This document shows, one piece after another, positions 29,871 through 40,627 of a stretch of 64,000 bases of DNA (the first letter of the stretch is position 1; every line of letters starts with the position of its first letter). The stretch is from a virus: positions 33,601 to 97,600 of the IMG/VR virus record IMGVR_UViG_3300020000_000010; one strand, 5' to 3'. The translations under genes were made by a program, and so were the position numbers. The notes under the pieces are model-generated. The model was not told where the DNA came from and did no database searches. It was given only the letters and a program-made list of their open reading frames with translations.

Positions 29871-30525
29871 TTATTCCTTCCATTATTTTTTTATATTTAC
29901 CTTGTTTATATAGTTCTCTAAGTTCATTAAAGTTTTGTTCTTCTTTATTATTAAAAAAACTATGAATATTTGTATGATTTGCTTTTAATAGTAAATCAAA
30001 TAAATCTTCAGGTTTATCATAGAATTTAGCTTCTCCACTAACCAAAGCATGATTACTATTATAAATACTAAAAGAAGTACTATAATGAGCTAATATCAAA
30101 AGATTTAATTTATTTATATCTTCTATTTCTTCTATTAACCTAAACCATTCTTCAATTATAGGTTTTGAAGTATTTTCATATAAATATCTAAGTAAAGTTA
30201 AAGTTATCTTTAAAATTATAGGATTTTTATCATTAATAACTTTAATTCCAAAATATTTTTTATTATTATGAATAATATCTCCTAATATTTCAGATTCAAA
30301 TCCTAATTCTTTTAATAAATTTATATACTTTTCTGTATCTTCTAAAGAATATTCACAATATTTATCTTGGATATGATTTTTATACCTATCTATTAGTAAA
30401 GTTACATATTCTATATTTTTTAAAGTATCACTATGAAAAATAACTCTAAAACAAATATTATCAATATCTGCTCTTTCTACCTCTTCTCCGTTATGTTTAT
30501 ATAAAAAACTAGTGCTGTAACTCAT
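29860..30525 (-). CDS. Hypothetical protein within the amidoligase cluster
   Basis: Overlaps both neighbours, with LLRYLYE and NSNH. Confidence 0.65.
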   Translation of the reverse strand: MSYSTSFLYKHNGEEVERADIDNICFRVIFHSDTLKNIEYVTLLIDRYKNHIQDKYCEYSLEDTEKYINLLKELGFESEILGDIIHNNKKYFGIKVINDKNPIILKITLTLLRYLYENTSKPIIEEWFRLIEEIEDINKLNLLILAHYSTSFSIYNSNHALVSGEAKFYDKPEDLFDLLLKANHTNIHSFFNNKEEQNFNELRELYKQGKYKKIMEGINEQ

Positions 30526-31369
30526 ATTTCTTCATTAGAATTTTAGGAATTTGTTCTTTGTATTTTTGTAAAGTAATTTCACCAAAGCTGGGAGCTGATG
30601 CAGACTCGCAAATATTCCATTTAGGATTATCTCTTTCTTCCCCATTTTTAGATCCTTGAACCATAACGTCAAAAGCTCCAATATCCAATTTTAGAGATTT
30701 TAATGCTTTAACACAATCTTCTACAATTAAATTCCAGTTATTAGGTTTTTTAAATGTAGGATTACTTTCTAAAGCCCAAGAACAAACACTATCATGTTTT
30801 TGCCAAGTGCCTTCAGGAGCATCATTTTTAAGCAATTTCCTACATGTATAAAAACAACCATCTTCTGTAATATGAAGCCTATATTCTCTAAAATATTTTA
30901 CAAAAACTTCCAGTATATAGTTATTCATATCTTTGTCTCTCATCCAAGTTTCTAATTCTTGTTGAGTATCCAATTTATAATTTCCTGTGCCTCTAGAACC
31001 ATAGATATGCTTAGCTATAATTGGATATGGTAGTTGTGAAATATTTGTAATATTATTAGGATTATTTTCTTTAACAAAAGATCCTTCGTTATTTTTAACC
31101 CACCAATCTGCTGTTTTTACTTTTTCATTTGTAAAACAGTTTTTCATCCTAAACTTATTAGCAGAATTTCTAACTCCTTCTATAGAGTTACATTCAATTC
31201 TATCAGCTTCAGCATTAGTAGTACTTCCTAACCTTACCACAGACCTAAAAGGAAAGTATCCTAAAGCTCCTTTTTCTCTAAGAGGGCTATGTGATCCATG
31301 CCTGGATAGGATTAATGGCCTGAATTTAGTAAAAACCTTATTTAAAGGTTTCTTTTTATTTTTTATCAT
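30509..31369 (-). CDS. ATP-grasp ligase (RimK/YheCD-like)
   Basis: NK, PIIAK..GSRGTG, EYRLH, GAFDV, ICESASAPS. Confidence 0.85.
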   Translation of the reverse strand: MIKNKKKPLNKVFTKFRPLILSRHGSHSPLREKGALGYFPFRSVVRLGSTTNAEADRIECNSIEGVRNSANKFRMKNCFTNEKVKTADWWVKNNEGSFVKENNPNNITNISQLPYPIIAKHIYGSRGTGNYKLDTQQELETWMRDKDMNNYILEVFVKYFREYRLHITEDGCFYTCRKLLKNDAPEGTWQKHDSVCSWALESNPTFKKPNNWNLIVEDCVKALKSLKLDIGAFDVMVQGSKNGEERDNPKWNICESASAPSFGEITLQKYKEQIPKILMKKYELQH

Positions 31370-32063
31370 TGAATATTAATTTAAAATTTTTTCTATAATC
31401 TTTATATTCTATTCCTGTTTTAGTATCTACTGTTGTAATTATAGAAGATCTTTTAGGATAACCCATAGGATTAAGACCATCAATCTTTATAATAACCCTA
31501 CTAATAGATTTATCTATTTTATCATCTATTCCTTTATATCTAACTACTCTGTTTATTTTATATGTTTTATCTCTTTTAGGTTCTCTATTTAGGTTAGGAC
31601 TAATATATTCACACTCAGAATGTAAAAAAGTTAAATTACCATATTCTGTTTCTATTACCAAACAATCTAAAGTCTTATTTAGCTTTTTACTATGTTTAGC
31701 TTCATCTCTTTTATAGTTAGAATATATTTTATTAGTACAATTCTTTTTCTTTATTCTAAATCCATATACTTCCGCACTTTCTTTATAATCTAATACTTTT
31801 ACTTTATTAAATAAAGGACTTAAATCTTTTTGTTGAGCTGTAGGTAATTCTTGTATTCTTGAACTTTCTATACAAACATATTCAAAAAGATTACTATTTA
31901 TCCTACAATAAACAAAGCTTTTATCTTGTACTCCTATTTCTTTAACATCTTTAATAAAGATACAATATAAACTAGAAGAAATATTTACTCCTAATTTTAA
32001 TTCACAGGACATTGTAAATTCGTTTGTAACTTTATAATTAATAATATCTCCTTTTTTTATCAC
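31356..32063 (-). CDS. Hypothetical protein
   Basis: 235-aa ORF between PolB and the ATP-grasp gene. Confidence 0.6.
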   Translation of the reverse strand: MIKKGDIINYKVTNEFTMSCELKLGVNISSSLYCIFIKDVKEIGVQDKSFVYCRINSNLFEYVCIESSRIQELPTAQQKDLSPLFNKVKVLDYKESAEVYGFRIKKKNCTNKIYSNYKRDEAKHSKKLNKTLDCLVIETEYGNLTFLHSECEYISPNLNREPKRDKTYKINRVVRYKGIDDKIDKSISRVIIKIDGLNPMGYPKRSSIITTVDTKTGIEYKDYRKNFKLIFNDKK

Positions 32064-32065
32064 AA

Positions 32066-34123
32066 TTATCCAAATATTAATTCTTGTTGTTTATTCTCTT
32101 CTTTTTTATTTTCTATATTTCCTTTTTCAATTAAATTGATTATTTTATAACATTCGTTAAAATAAAAATCATATTTAATCTTGTAATTAGCTGGATGTAA
32201 ATCAGTTACCATATTTAAAATAGTAACTTTTTCATTAGCAATCATAGAAATTAGTTGTTCTTTTTCTACTTCTTCTAAATCAAATATAGATATCTGATTA
32301 GAATTATCCTCTTTTTTAGCTATTTTCTTTCGTTTAAAGATATATCCTCCTTCTTCTGATATAAAGTACCTATTTGTTTTTTGAAGTGATTCTATAGAAG
32401 ATTTTCCATATTTATCAAAAATATGTAATTCTGCTTTCATTTCTCCTCCTACTTTTTGAGAAGCACAAAAATCTAATATATCTTCTGAACTTAGGATAGT
32501 TTCTTCAATAGGTATTTCATTAACAAAATATTCTTTTAGGGCCTTATAGATAATAGCAAAATCTGTAGATTTGTTTATTGTTTTTTCTGTTTCAAAGTCT
32601 CCTTTTTCTTTAACTTTTCTAGTAACAATTCCAGATACTCTATCTTTTGTTTCTGAAATAGCATAATAACAGTTTATATCTCTAAAAATTAAGGATTTAT
32701 ATTCTCCTACTTCTAGTTCAAATCCTGTTTTATTTTGCCAATTACCAAGAATATCATAATATAAACCTATTTTTGATTCATTAACTATACATTCTATACC
32801 ATCAGTATTTGAGCTAATAACTTTAATTCCATAGTTTTCTAAATCTTCTATTAGCATTAATAGAAAGAACTGACAATTAATAGTTACCCTATATGCTGCT
32901 AAAGGATCATATAACCAAGAGAATTTAGATAGAAATTTACCAAAAAAGGAATTAATGACAATCTTTAATCCTTCAGATTCTGATACTCTTTTGTTCTTTT
33001 TAGCCTCTAATCTTTTATTTTTGATATTATTTATTACTTCTACAATCCTATTATTTAAATGATTAGGATATATATTATTATTAATAATATTACTAGGGTA
33101 ATAGGATACTACATCACATGTTAAGATCTTATTTAACCTTTCTTTTTCATCTATTGTTTGATTATATATACTGGGTTTAGTTTCTGAGTGTAATCCTCCT
33201 AATCCTACTACATGAGTTGTAGAACCTATTGTGATCTTGCCTAATTCATTAGATTTTCCATCTCCTTCTTTAGAAGATTCTCCTACTTTTATAGTTTTTC
33301 TTGCTATTTCTTTAAGAAAATTATTTAAGCTAGAGCTTTTAAATTTAATATTACCATAAAATAAAATATCAGAAATATGTATATTCTCTCTTATTGTTCT
33401 TTTATCTTTAAAATCTTCTAAGGATAATCCAGATATAATACTATACTCTTTTTCAAGTATTTTATTACATATAGAAGAATTACTTTCATTCATAAGGTTT
33501 AACCCATAGAACTTACTTAAATCCTTCCTGAGAGTTAATATCTCATTAGAATATTCTCTTAATCTGTTTGTTATTAATACATCATTTTCATTATATTCTA
33601 ATATAAGATCTATCTGTTCTTCCTTAATTTCACTATCAAAAGGAATAGGAAGATCTTGTATTTTAGGCCATTTTAGATTAACAGCACATGCTTTTAGTGA
33701 TTTATAAGGTACTTTATCTAAATATAGTACCTTTTGTAGGTTTATTGTATTAAATAAATTGTGATATTTATATTTGCTTAATCTGTTTAATCCTGTTTTT
33801 TGAATTATATCATTTGAAAATAACCATAGATTATAACATAAATCTAGATAGTTATTATATTTTTTGCTATTTATAGTTAACCATGAGATAATTAAATCAT
33901 CATAGTTAGAATTATTATAACCACATAACCAAAGATCTTTAGTATTTAGAATAAAGCTTTCTAAATCTAAATATTCATTCTTCCTTAATGAAATCTCAAA
34001 TACTTTTTTATCTAAGGTTATGTGGTTATAAAAGGTCACACAAAATAAATTCCTATAAACCTCCACATCATAACACCAAAGGTTATTATTTTTTTCTACC
34101 ATTTTTAAAGTTTTTCTTACCAA
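32066..34123 (-). CDS. polB: Family B DNA polymerase
   Basis: Exo I YDVE, Exo II GYNNSNYDD, Exo III YNENDV; polymerase motifs DVVSYYP, KIVINSFFGK and NTDG. Confidence 0.93.
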   Translation of the reverse strand: MVRKTLKMVEKNNNLWCYDVEVYRNLFCVTFYNHITLDKKVFEISLRKNEYLDLESFILNTKDLWLCGYNNSNYDDLIISWLTINSKKYNNYLDLCYNLWLFSNDIIQKTGLNRLSKYKYHNLFNTINLQKVLYLDKVPYKSLKACAVNLKWPKIQDLPIPFDSEIKEEQIDLILEYNENDVLITNRLREYSNEILTLRKDLSKFYGLNLMNESNSSICNKILEKEYSIISGLSLEDFKDKRTIRENIHISDILFYGNIKFKSSSLNNFLKEIARKTIKVGESSKEGDGKSNELGKITIGSTTHVVGLGGLHSETKPSIYNQTIDEKERLNKILTCDVVSYYPSNIINNNIYPNHLNNRIVEVINNIKNKRLEAKKNKRVSESEGLKIVINSFFGKFLSKFSWLYDPLAAYRVTINCQFFLLMLIEDLENYGIKVISSNTDGIECIVNESKIGLYYDILGNWQNKTGFELEVGEYKSLIFRDINCYYAISETKDRVSGIVTRKVKEKGDFETEKTINKSTDFAIIYKALKEYFVNEIPIEETILSSEDILDFCASQKVGGEMKAELHIFDKYGKSSIESLQKTNRYFISEEGGYIFKRKKIAKKEDNSNQISIFDLEEVEKEQLISMIANEKVTILNMVTDLHPANYKIKYDFYFNECYKIINLIEKGNIENKKEENKQQELIFG

Positions 34124-34394
34124 ATAAATATATATAAGAATTATGATTAGGATGATAAGATCTTGAATATAGTTTATATTCTCTTTCTTTTAATATATCT
34201 TTCATAATTTTATATTGATCTTGATTAATACTAATTAATAATAAAGCTTTTTCAGAATACCATCTTTCATTAGTATTTAGGAATTCTTTTATTTGTTCTA
34301 TTGTATATTTAGTTTGATCTAAAGCAGTATTTGTATTACCAAAATTACTAAATATTTTTATACCACAACAATAAGGAAATTCATTACTTTGCAT
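34086..34394 (-). CDS. Hypothetical protein
   Basis: CCGI...HPNHN, coupled to its neighbours. Confidence 0.65.
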   Translation of the reverse strand: MQSNEFPYCCGIKIFSNFGNTNTALDQTKYTIEQIKEFLNTNERWYSEKALLLISINQDQYKIMKDILKEREYKLYSRSYHPNHNSYIYLFGKKNFKNGRKK

Positions 34395-34993
34395 TATTCT
34401 TCTAATTTAGTAATTATTTTTTCTAGTAATGGTAGATCTATAGTAAATTTATCTTCAAAACCCCCATTTAAGAATTTTATTTGTCCTTTTTTCATTAAAT
34501 GAAGTAATGTTTTTAATTCAAATAAAGAATATTCAACATTATTAACTTCAATTTTTGAATGATGATAAGGAATTTGTTTTATAAATATAATAGAGGCTTC
34601 TCCAACTCTTATAGGTTCTTTTTCTTTATAAACAGGTTCAAACCAATCCATAATCCCTAATTCTTTAATTTTAGGAAGATAGTAAGAAATCATACCTGCT
34701 ATTATAAAAGGATCATAAGCAGTTTTGTTATATAATTGTAGGGCTTCTATAGCTACTTTTTCATATTCTGGTTTTACCAGTTTATATCCTATAATTTCTT
34801 TTTCCATAGTTTTAAGTTTTTGTTGTTTTTGATATTCTCTTTCTAATTCAACACTTCCTTCTAATATTTCTGTATTAAAAAAATAACTAACTAGATACCA
34901 AGAATAATAATTATTAGAATATTCTTTCCTTATATAATAATTAGAGTTTATTATAAGAACATCTTCTTTTATTAATTTTTTTCTAAAAAACAT
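34394..34993 (-). CDS. Hypothetical protein, apparent fusion of two small genes
   Basis: Internal ...KLKT-M at 34807 carries the shared start motif. Confidence 0.65.
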   Translation of the reverse strand: MFFRKKLIKEDVLIINSNYYIRKEYSNNYYSWYLVSYFFNTEILEGSVELEREYQKQQKLKTMEKEIIGYKLVKPEYEKVAIEALQLYNKTAYDPFIIAGMISYYLPKIKELGIMDWFEPVYKEKEPIRVGEASIIFIKQIPYHHSKIEVNNVEYSLFELKTLLHLMKKGQIKFLNGGFEDKFTIDLPLLEKIITKLEE

Positions 34994-36162
34994 ATTATTT
35001 TTTATTTATATCCTTCTATTATATGATTACAATATTTACATTGTTTTATCCTTATAATAGATATTTTCTTTTTAGTAAACCAATGTAATCCTAGCTTACA
35101 AGTAATATATTGTTGCCAGTTATCTGTATTAAATTTCAGACAAATAAATTCTTTAATCCAAAGGAATATCAATAAACTACTCAATATTCCTACTAAAATA
35201 AATTTATATGATTGTTCCATAGTTTAAGGTTTTTAAATTAATTTTTCACCTATAATATCAAATTTATCATTTAACACTTCTTCATCAGAAATATTTCTTA
35301 GTTGCCATTCTATAATAGCTTCTGTATTTTCTATTTGTTCTTTCATATTTTTATTTTTTTTAAAAGTTATTTGGATATTCTTTTTTTAAAATATTAAAAG
35401 AGGAAATAAAGAAATTAATTAAACTCCAGAGAAATATTGTAATAATCATTGTAAAATACCAATAATGTCTTACACCCCAATCCCAAGATCTGTCTATACC
35501 CATATTATTTATAGGATCTACTAATTTATCTCCAAAAAAGTTTCTTAAATGTTCTGGTAAATAAGAACCAAAAATTCCTATTCCAAATAAAAGCAATATT
35601 CTTAATATTACTCCAAAATATACTTTATTTTTCATTTCTCTAATATTTTAAAGTTTTTAATTTCACAGGCATACTCTCCTTCATAATTATAAGGAGAGTA
35701 TATACAGCCTTTATGTAATACTATATCACAGGGAATATAACATATAGTATCTTTCTCTCCAGAATAGTATTCTACTTCTACATTAAGAAGTTTGGGAGAA
35801 CAAGAAAATATACTAAATATTGATAGTATTAATATTAATTGTTTCATGTTGTTCTTAAATTTGTTATTATTAGTCTTAATTTATTTAAAAAAATAAGAGA
35901 TAAATCTTTAGCTTTTCCAATTCTTGAGGGAATTGTTTCATTTAAACAAGAAAGATCGTATAACATTTCTAATTCTTCTTTAGATTCTATAGATAAACAA
36001 ATAGATATTGGTTTAAATATAGTAGTTTTTTCTGCTAATTCTATTTTCATGTTAGTTATAAGTTAAATATAAGGTTGCTAAAGCTATAAATATACAAAAT
36101 ACTCCTAAACTAAAGGAAATAATAGTATCTTCTAAGTCTTTATTATTCATTTTATACCACAT

Positions 36163-36429
36163 TTATTCTATTGTAATTAGGTTATTTTTAATAATTTCCA
36201 TAAATCTTTTACCTATAATATCTGTTTGTAGGATAGATTCTGTATAGGAACAATTCTTTTTTCTTGCTCTTCCTTCAGCAATAATTCTTCCTTTGGATTT
36301 AATAAATTGATCTTTTAAAGAACATTTAGCAAATCCAATCTTTAATTGTGAATTTTCCACAATTCCTGCATATGTAATGCGGTTTTTACCTTTTTCAGGT
36401 TTAGTATGATGATAATAAGTCTTACTCAT
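36163..36429 (-). CDS. Small basic phage protein with a GxAxCxxxDxFxxxxGxxIAxxRA motif
   Basis: GFAKCSLKDQFIKSKGRIIAEGRA. Confidence 0.7.
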   Translation of the reverse strand: MSKTYYHHTKPEKGKNRITYAGIVENSQLKIGFAKCSLKDQFIKSKGRIIAEGRARKKNCSYTESILQTDIIGKRFMEIIKNNLITIE

Positions 36430-36445
36430 AATTTTTAGTTTTTAA

Positions 36446-36679
36446 TTAGTATCCATATCCATATCCATATCCATTTCCATTTCCATTTCCATTTCCATTT
36501 CCATATCCATTTCCATTTCCATATCCATATCCATATCCATTTCCATATCCATATCCATTTCCATTTCCATTTCCATTTCCATTTCCATATCCATTTCCAT
36601 TTCCATTTCCATATCCATTTCCATTTCCTATATGGTGGCTATCTTCAAAATTTTCGGCAATTTTTAAATTCCTGACCAT
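36446..36679 (-). CDS. Gly-Asn/Gly-Tyr repeat protein
   Basis: ATG at 36679 and about 30 G(N/Y) dipeptides. Confidence 0.65.
   Translation of the reverse strand: MVRNLKIAENFEDSHHIGNGNGYGNGNGNGYGNGNGNGNGNGYGYGNGYGYGYGNGNGYGNGNGNGNGNGYGYGYGY
36450..36627. repeat. Coding hexamer tandem repeat (CCATTT/CCATAT)n
   Basis: Directly visible. Encodes GN/GY on the minus strand. Confidence 0.95.
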
Positions 36680-37017
36680 TTTTCCTCCTTTACAGAAATA
36701 GTATGAATTACTGTTAACCAATCAAACTCAATAACTCCTTCACATTTATCAAGAATTGTAGAATTTGTAGCACCATTAACTAATTCTTGAAGACCTTTTG
36801 TAGTACCCCAAGTTCTAATACAAAAAGCATTTTCAAGTTTACATAAACCTTCTTTGTTTTTAGAAAATCTACCTATATAAACCCATCCTCGTTGTAAAAC
36901 TACAATTTTAATATCTCCAGAATAATTAGGAGATTTGTTCATAAGATTTTCCGGAAGATATGTTTTTCCATTAACTACTACTTTTCCGTCTGTTATTAAT
37001 ATACTTTCTTTTGACAT
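36664..37017 (-). CDS. Conserved phage protein (DUF6948-like)
   Basis: IVVLQRGWVYIG...LENAFCIRTWGTTKGLQEL..G, a family usually found next to GxGxG repeat proteins. Confidence 0.65.
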   Translation of the reverse strand: MSKESILITDGKVVVNGKTYLPENLMNKSPNYSGDIKIVVLQRGWVYIGRFSKNKEGLCKLENAFCIRTWGTTKGLQELVNGATNSTILDKCEGVIEFDWLTVIHTISVKEEKWSGI

Positions 37018-37227
37018 TTTTATTAGTTTTTTTATTATTTAAATTTTAAAGATTTTAATTATTTTTTTTGATAAAATATTAATTTTCTTTTTAATTCTGT
37101 TATTTCTTCTCTTTGCTCTTTTACTACAGAAATTAGATTATTTATTTTTTCTCCTAGTAAAACTAAAGGTTCTAGACATATTTTAGGCCCAGTAATATTT
37201 AGAATTTTTTCTGTGATCTTTATCATT

Positions 37228-37599
37228 TTATAAATATCTTTTTATATAGCTTGCGATATAATTAAAGGATTTTCCTTTATCATTAAGTCTTGATAATTTA
37301 TCATTAATAGTTTGAGATATATCATCTAATCCTCTTAGTAAAGAAGGAAGTGCTTTTGAATCATTATTTTGTAAGTCTTGTGGTAATTCTCTATCATATA
37401 GTATACTTTTATTTATTTTTACAATAGCACAAGCAACTCCTAAACAACAATATTCTTCTTTACTATTATAATTACATAAAAGATAATCTTCTCCTTGTTT
37501 ATATTTTCCGCTTTTAAGAGCTTTTATCCATTTGTTTTTAAACATTTTAGGAAGCCTATAATCTTTTAATTTATTTGTTTTTGGATTTATTATTTTCAT
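37228..37599 (-). CDS. Conserved phage hypothetical protein
   Basis: WIKALKSGKYKQG, CCLGVAC, LND...SF..IA..I. Confidence 0.7.
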   Translation of the reverse strand: MKIINPKTNKLKDYRLPKMFKNKWIKALKSGKYKQGEDYLLCNYNSKEEYCCLGVACAIVKINKSILYDRELPQDLQNNDSKALPSLLRGLDDISQTINDKLSRLNDKGKSFNYIASYIKRYL

Positions 37600-38702
37600 T
37601 TGATTAATATTATTATCCCTTCATATACATGTTGAATATTCTGTAAACTCTTCAACTTAAGTCTATAAGTATAAATACTTTGTTGATCATTATATCCAGA
37701 CCATAATTCATCTCTGTTTTGAGTATGGAATATAACTTGCCCTGCTCTATTAAATACCTCTAACTCATATTCTTTAATACCAAATATAATAGGTAAGAAA
37801 TAATCATTTAAAGCATCTCCATTAGGTGTAAATGCATTAGGTATATAAAGATATATACATTGGCACTCAGAAGGAGCAGATTCAATATTTATAGGTTCTA
37901 TTACAAATACTTTAACTATATTATTACAAGACTCTTTACCATTAGTATAAGTTACTGTATATTGATTATCTCTGGTAGGTGCTACAGTTATATAATAGTT
38001 TGATTTTGAGGGATTTGTGTTCCAAGAATATTTATATCCCGGAATATCTAGTACTAAAGAAATATCATCTATTCCCCAAGTATCAAATCCTACACCATCA
38101 GAATCTTTTTGAATCCATCTAATCTTAGTATGATTAGTTAATGCTTCTTCTGGAATATCTATACAATATTTATTCCAATTGGTTAATATACTATCCATAC
38201 CTCCTTTAGGATCATAGTATTCTATTGTGTTCCAAGAAGTTGTAAAGTATTCTAAGTAAATTCCTTCTGTATTCTTTTCTATACCTTCACAAGGATCATG
38301 AGGATCTCCATTAGCTTTTTGTAATCCATACTTCATTCTAAAGCATAAAGTAGCTTTTGTAGCACCATTCTTTGTTAAATCTAAAGGTTTTGATTCTATG
38401 TATCTAGGATTATCAATACTATTGTTCATAAATAGATAATGTTTCCCTTCAGGACTTAATCCAAAACAAGGATAATTAGAAGTATCAGCTATAGTAGCAT
38501 TAGAGCTAGTTTCTAGTAAAGGATCTATAATACCATTATTAAAATTAATGAATAAAGGTTTTATAGTATCCTTATAAGCAGATAATAACACAGAATCTCC
38601 ACAATATATTGTAATAGAGCTATCTTTTACATGAACTGGACATTGTGTATATCCAGATAGAAAAGATAGCTGTAATAGAAGAATTAATATGTATTTTTTC
38701 AT
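37596..38702 (-). CDS. Secreted protein with a Reelin-like domain and a T9SS type B sorting domain (CHU_C/gliding motility-associated CTD)
   Basis: Signal peptide MKKYILILLLQLSFLSGYTQ; EGIYLEY..W..IPEEALTNHTKIRWIQ..DTWGIDDI; C-terminal YIPNAFTPNGDALNDYF..VFNRAGQVIF..W.G..YTYRL. Confidence 0.85.
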   Translation of the reverse strand: MKKYILILLLQLSFLSGYTQCPVHVKDSSITIYCGDSVLLSAYKDTIKPLFINFNNGIIDPLLETSSNATIADTSNYPCFGLSPEGKHYLFMNNSIDNPRYIESKPLDLTKNGATKATLCFRMKYGLQKANGDPHDPCEGIEKNTEGIYLEYFTTSWNTIEYYDPKGGMDSILTNWNKYCIDIPEEALTNHTKIRWIQKDSDGVGFDTWGIDDISLVLDIPGYKYSWNTNPSKSNYYITVAPTRDNQYTVTYTNGKESCNNIVKVFVIEPINIESAPSECQCIYLYIPNAFTPNGDALNDYFLPIIFGIKEYELEVFNRAGQVIFHTQNRDELWSGYNDQQSIYTYRLKLKSLQNIQHVYEGIIILIK

Positions 38703-40586
38703 ATTATTTTGTTTTTCTAGATTATTCTGTAATAATATTTTCCATTATTTTATTATAAATCCAACTTTTTAATCCTATATTTGTTTTATTAGTAAGATCT
38801 ATAACTAAAATATTATTGTTAATATCGGGCAATCTTCTTACTAAAGTCATTAAACCTATTTCAAGAACATTATGTGCTAAAATGATAATTTCTTCAGAAT
38901 CATATTTAGATTTAATAATAGTATATTTTATTTCTTCTTTTTCCATATCTAAAAATATAATCTCTCATTACTAATTGGTTTATTTGAAAGATAGGTGAGA
39001 TATTTTCCTATTTCTTCAAAACTTTTACATCTTAAACAAGCAATAAAAGCAATTTTTGTTTCTATAATAGAATCTTTTGAAATAATCATAGTATTGATTT
39101 CTTCATACATAAAATCAAAAAGATCAAAATTATTTTCATATTTATCCATTAATTGATCAAACATATCATCTTTTAGGATGTTAAGTTCTTTGGCTATATT
39201 TAATAACCATTTAACTTTTCCTAGTTTATCTGTTGGTTTGGTTATTATTTCCATAGTTTTAGGTTTTAACGTTTTTCGCAAATTTCTTCTAAAGTATCAT
39301 AATAAAAGATAACAGTATTGGCTTTATTATCAATAAAACAAACAATACTTCCCATTAACCATTTTATAGTAACAGTAGTTCCTTCTTCAAAAAAACCATA
39401 TTCGTCTTTTATTTCTGTAAGTAAAACTACAGAATCTTTCTGTTTTAAATATTTTCTTCTTTCTTTTGTTTTAATATAAGCCATAGTTTTAGGTTTTTAA
39501 GTTAGAATTTGCTCTTTCATAAGCTTTTTGTTTATCTTCTTGTGCTTTAATTCTATTTTTTTCAATTTTTTCTCTTCCATTATTATAAATTTTTGTTTGT
39601 TCTTTTTCAAATTCCTTTATTTTTTCATAGGAGGAGAATTTTTGTTTTTCATGATCAAAATTACCATTTCCTAGTTTATGATTAATTTCTCCCCAAGTCC
39701 AATTTTCACCTCCAAATAAAGGACTACTTGCAGCACAAACACTTTTCCAAGTAAAGCCTCCATTAATAGAATATCTATATCTAATATAATCGCTTGAAAA
39801 CAAAGCAGGTTCTATTTTTAATATAAATTCATTACTTTTTGGAAATATTGGTTTCTTACTATGATATTTATATAGGATTATCCCAATAATTAATAATATA
39901 AAATAAATCATTTGTTTAAGTTTTAGGAATATGATTAACTCTAATAGTTTTAATTTCTTTTAAAGAAGAAACATAAAGATCTTTTCTATCGTGAAATATT
40001 TGATGGATAATTTCTCTTTTAATATCATCTTCTGTAATTTCATATCTATCTGTTACTTTTGTAATAAAAATTTCTCCTTTAGTAGGAAACATAGTATTTT
40101 CAGAATCAACATGTTTTACTACATATTTATATAATTTTTTCATATTTTTATTTCTTTTATGTTTACATTAATTGAGTTGTCTAAAAACATTGAAGTAAAC
40201 CAGGGATTTTTTGTTATTTTTAAAGATTTTTTAATTTCTTTATTTGTTCCTATACTAATTAATATACGGTCTAATAATTTTCCAAAAAATGTTTCTCCTC
40301 CTTCTAAAGTATTAGCTTCAATATATTGTCCTCTTGTTTGAGAATTTAAATCTTTTTTTAAAGAGTTTATCTCATATTTTCCTAATTTGTTTAAATCAAT
40401 ATCTATAATTAGTCTAAATTTTTTCATAGTTTTAAAATTTAATTATTGTAGGGTTTGTTTTATCGTTTATTGAAAGAACATAATATCCAAAATTATTTTT
40501 ATAAAATAGATATAACTTATGTCTTTTAGCATATTTAAACCATTTTATAAATTCTTTCATTGTTTTAAGTTTTAAGGATTTAAAAT

Positions 40587-40616
40587 AAAGGGAATAAGAT
40601 TTCTCCTATTCCCTTT
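40587..40616. terminator. Hairpin terminator after 40628-41164
   Basis: AAAGGGAATA...TATTCCCTTT, with a T-rich tail on the minus strand. Confidence 0.8.
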
Positions 40617-40627
40617 TTATTACTTAA

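Noticed and set aside
36442-36624. (ME/MD)n ORF and possible CRISPR-like array
   Set aside because: This is an alternate frame of a 6-bp coding microsatellite. There are no unique spacers and no cas genes.
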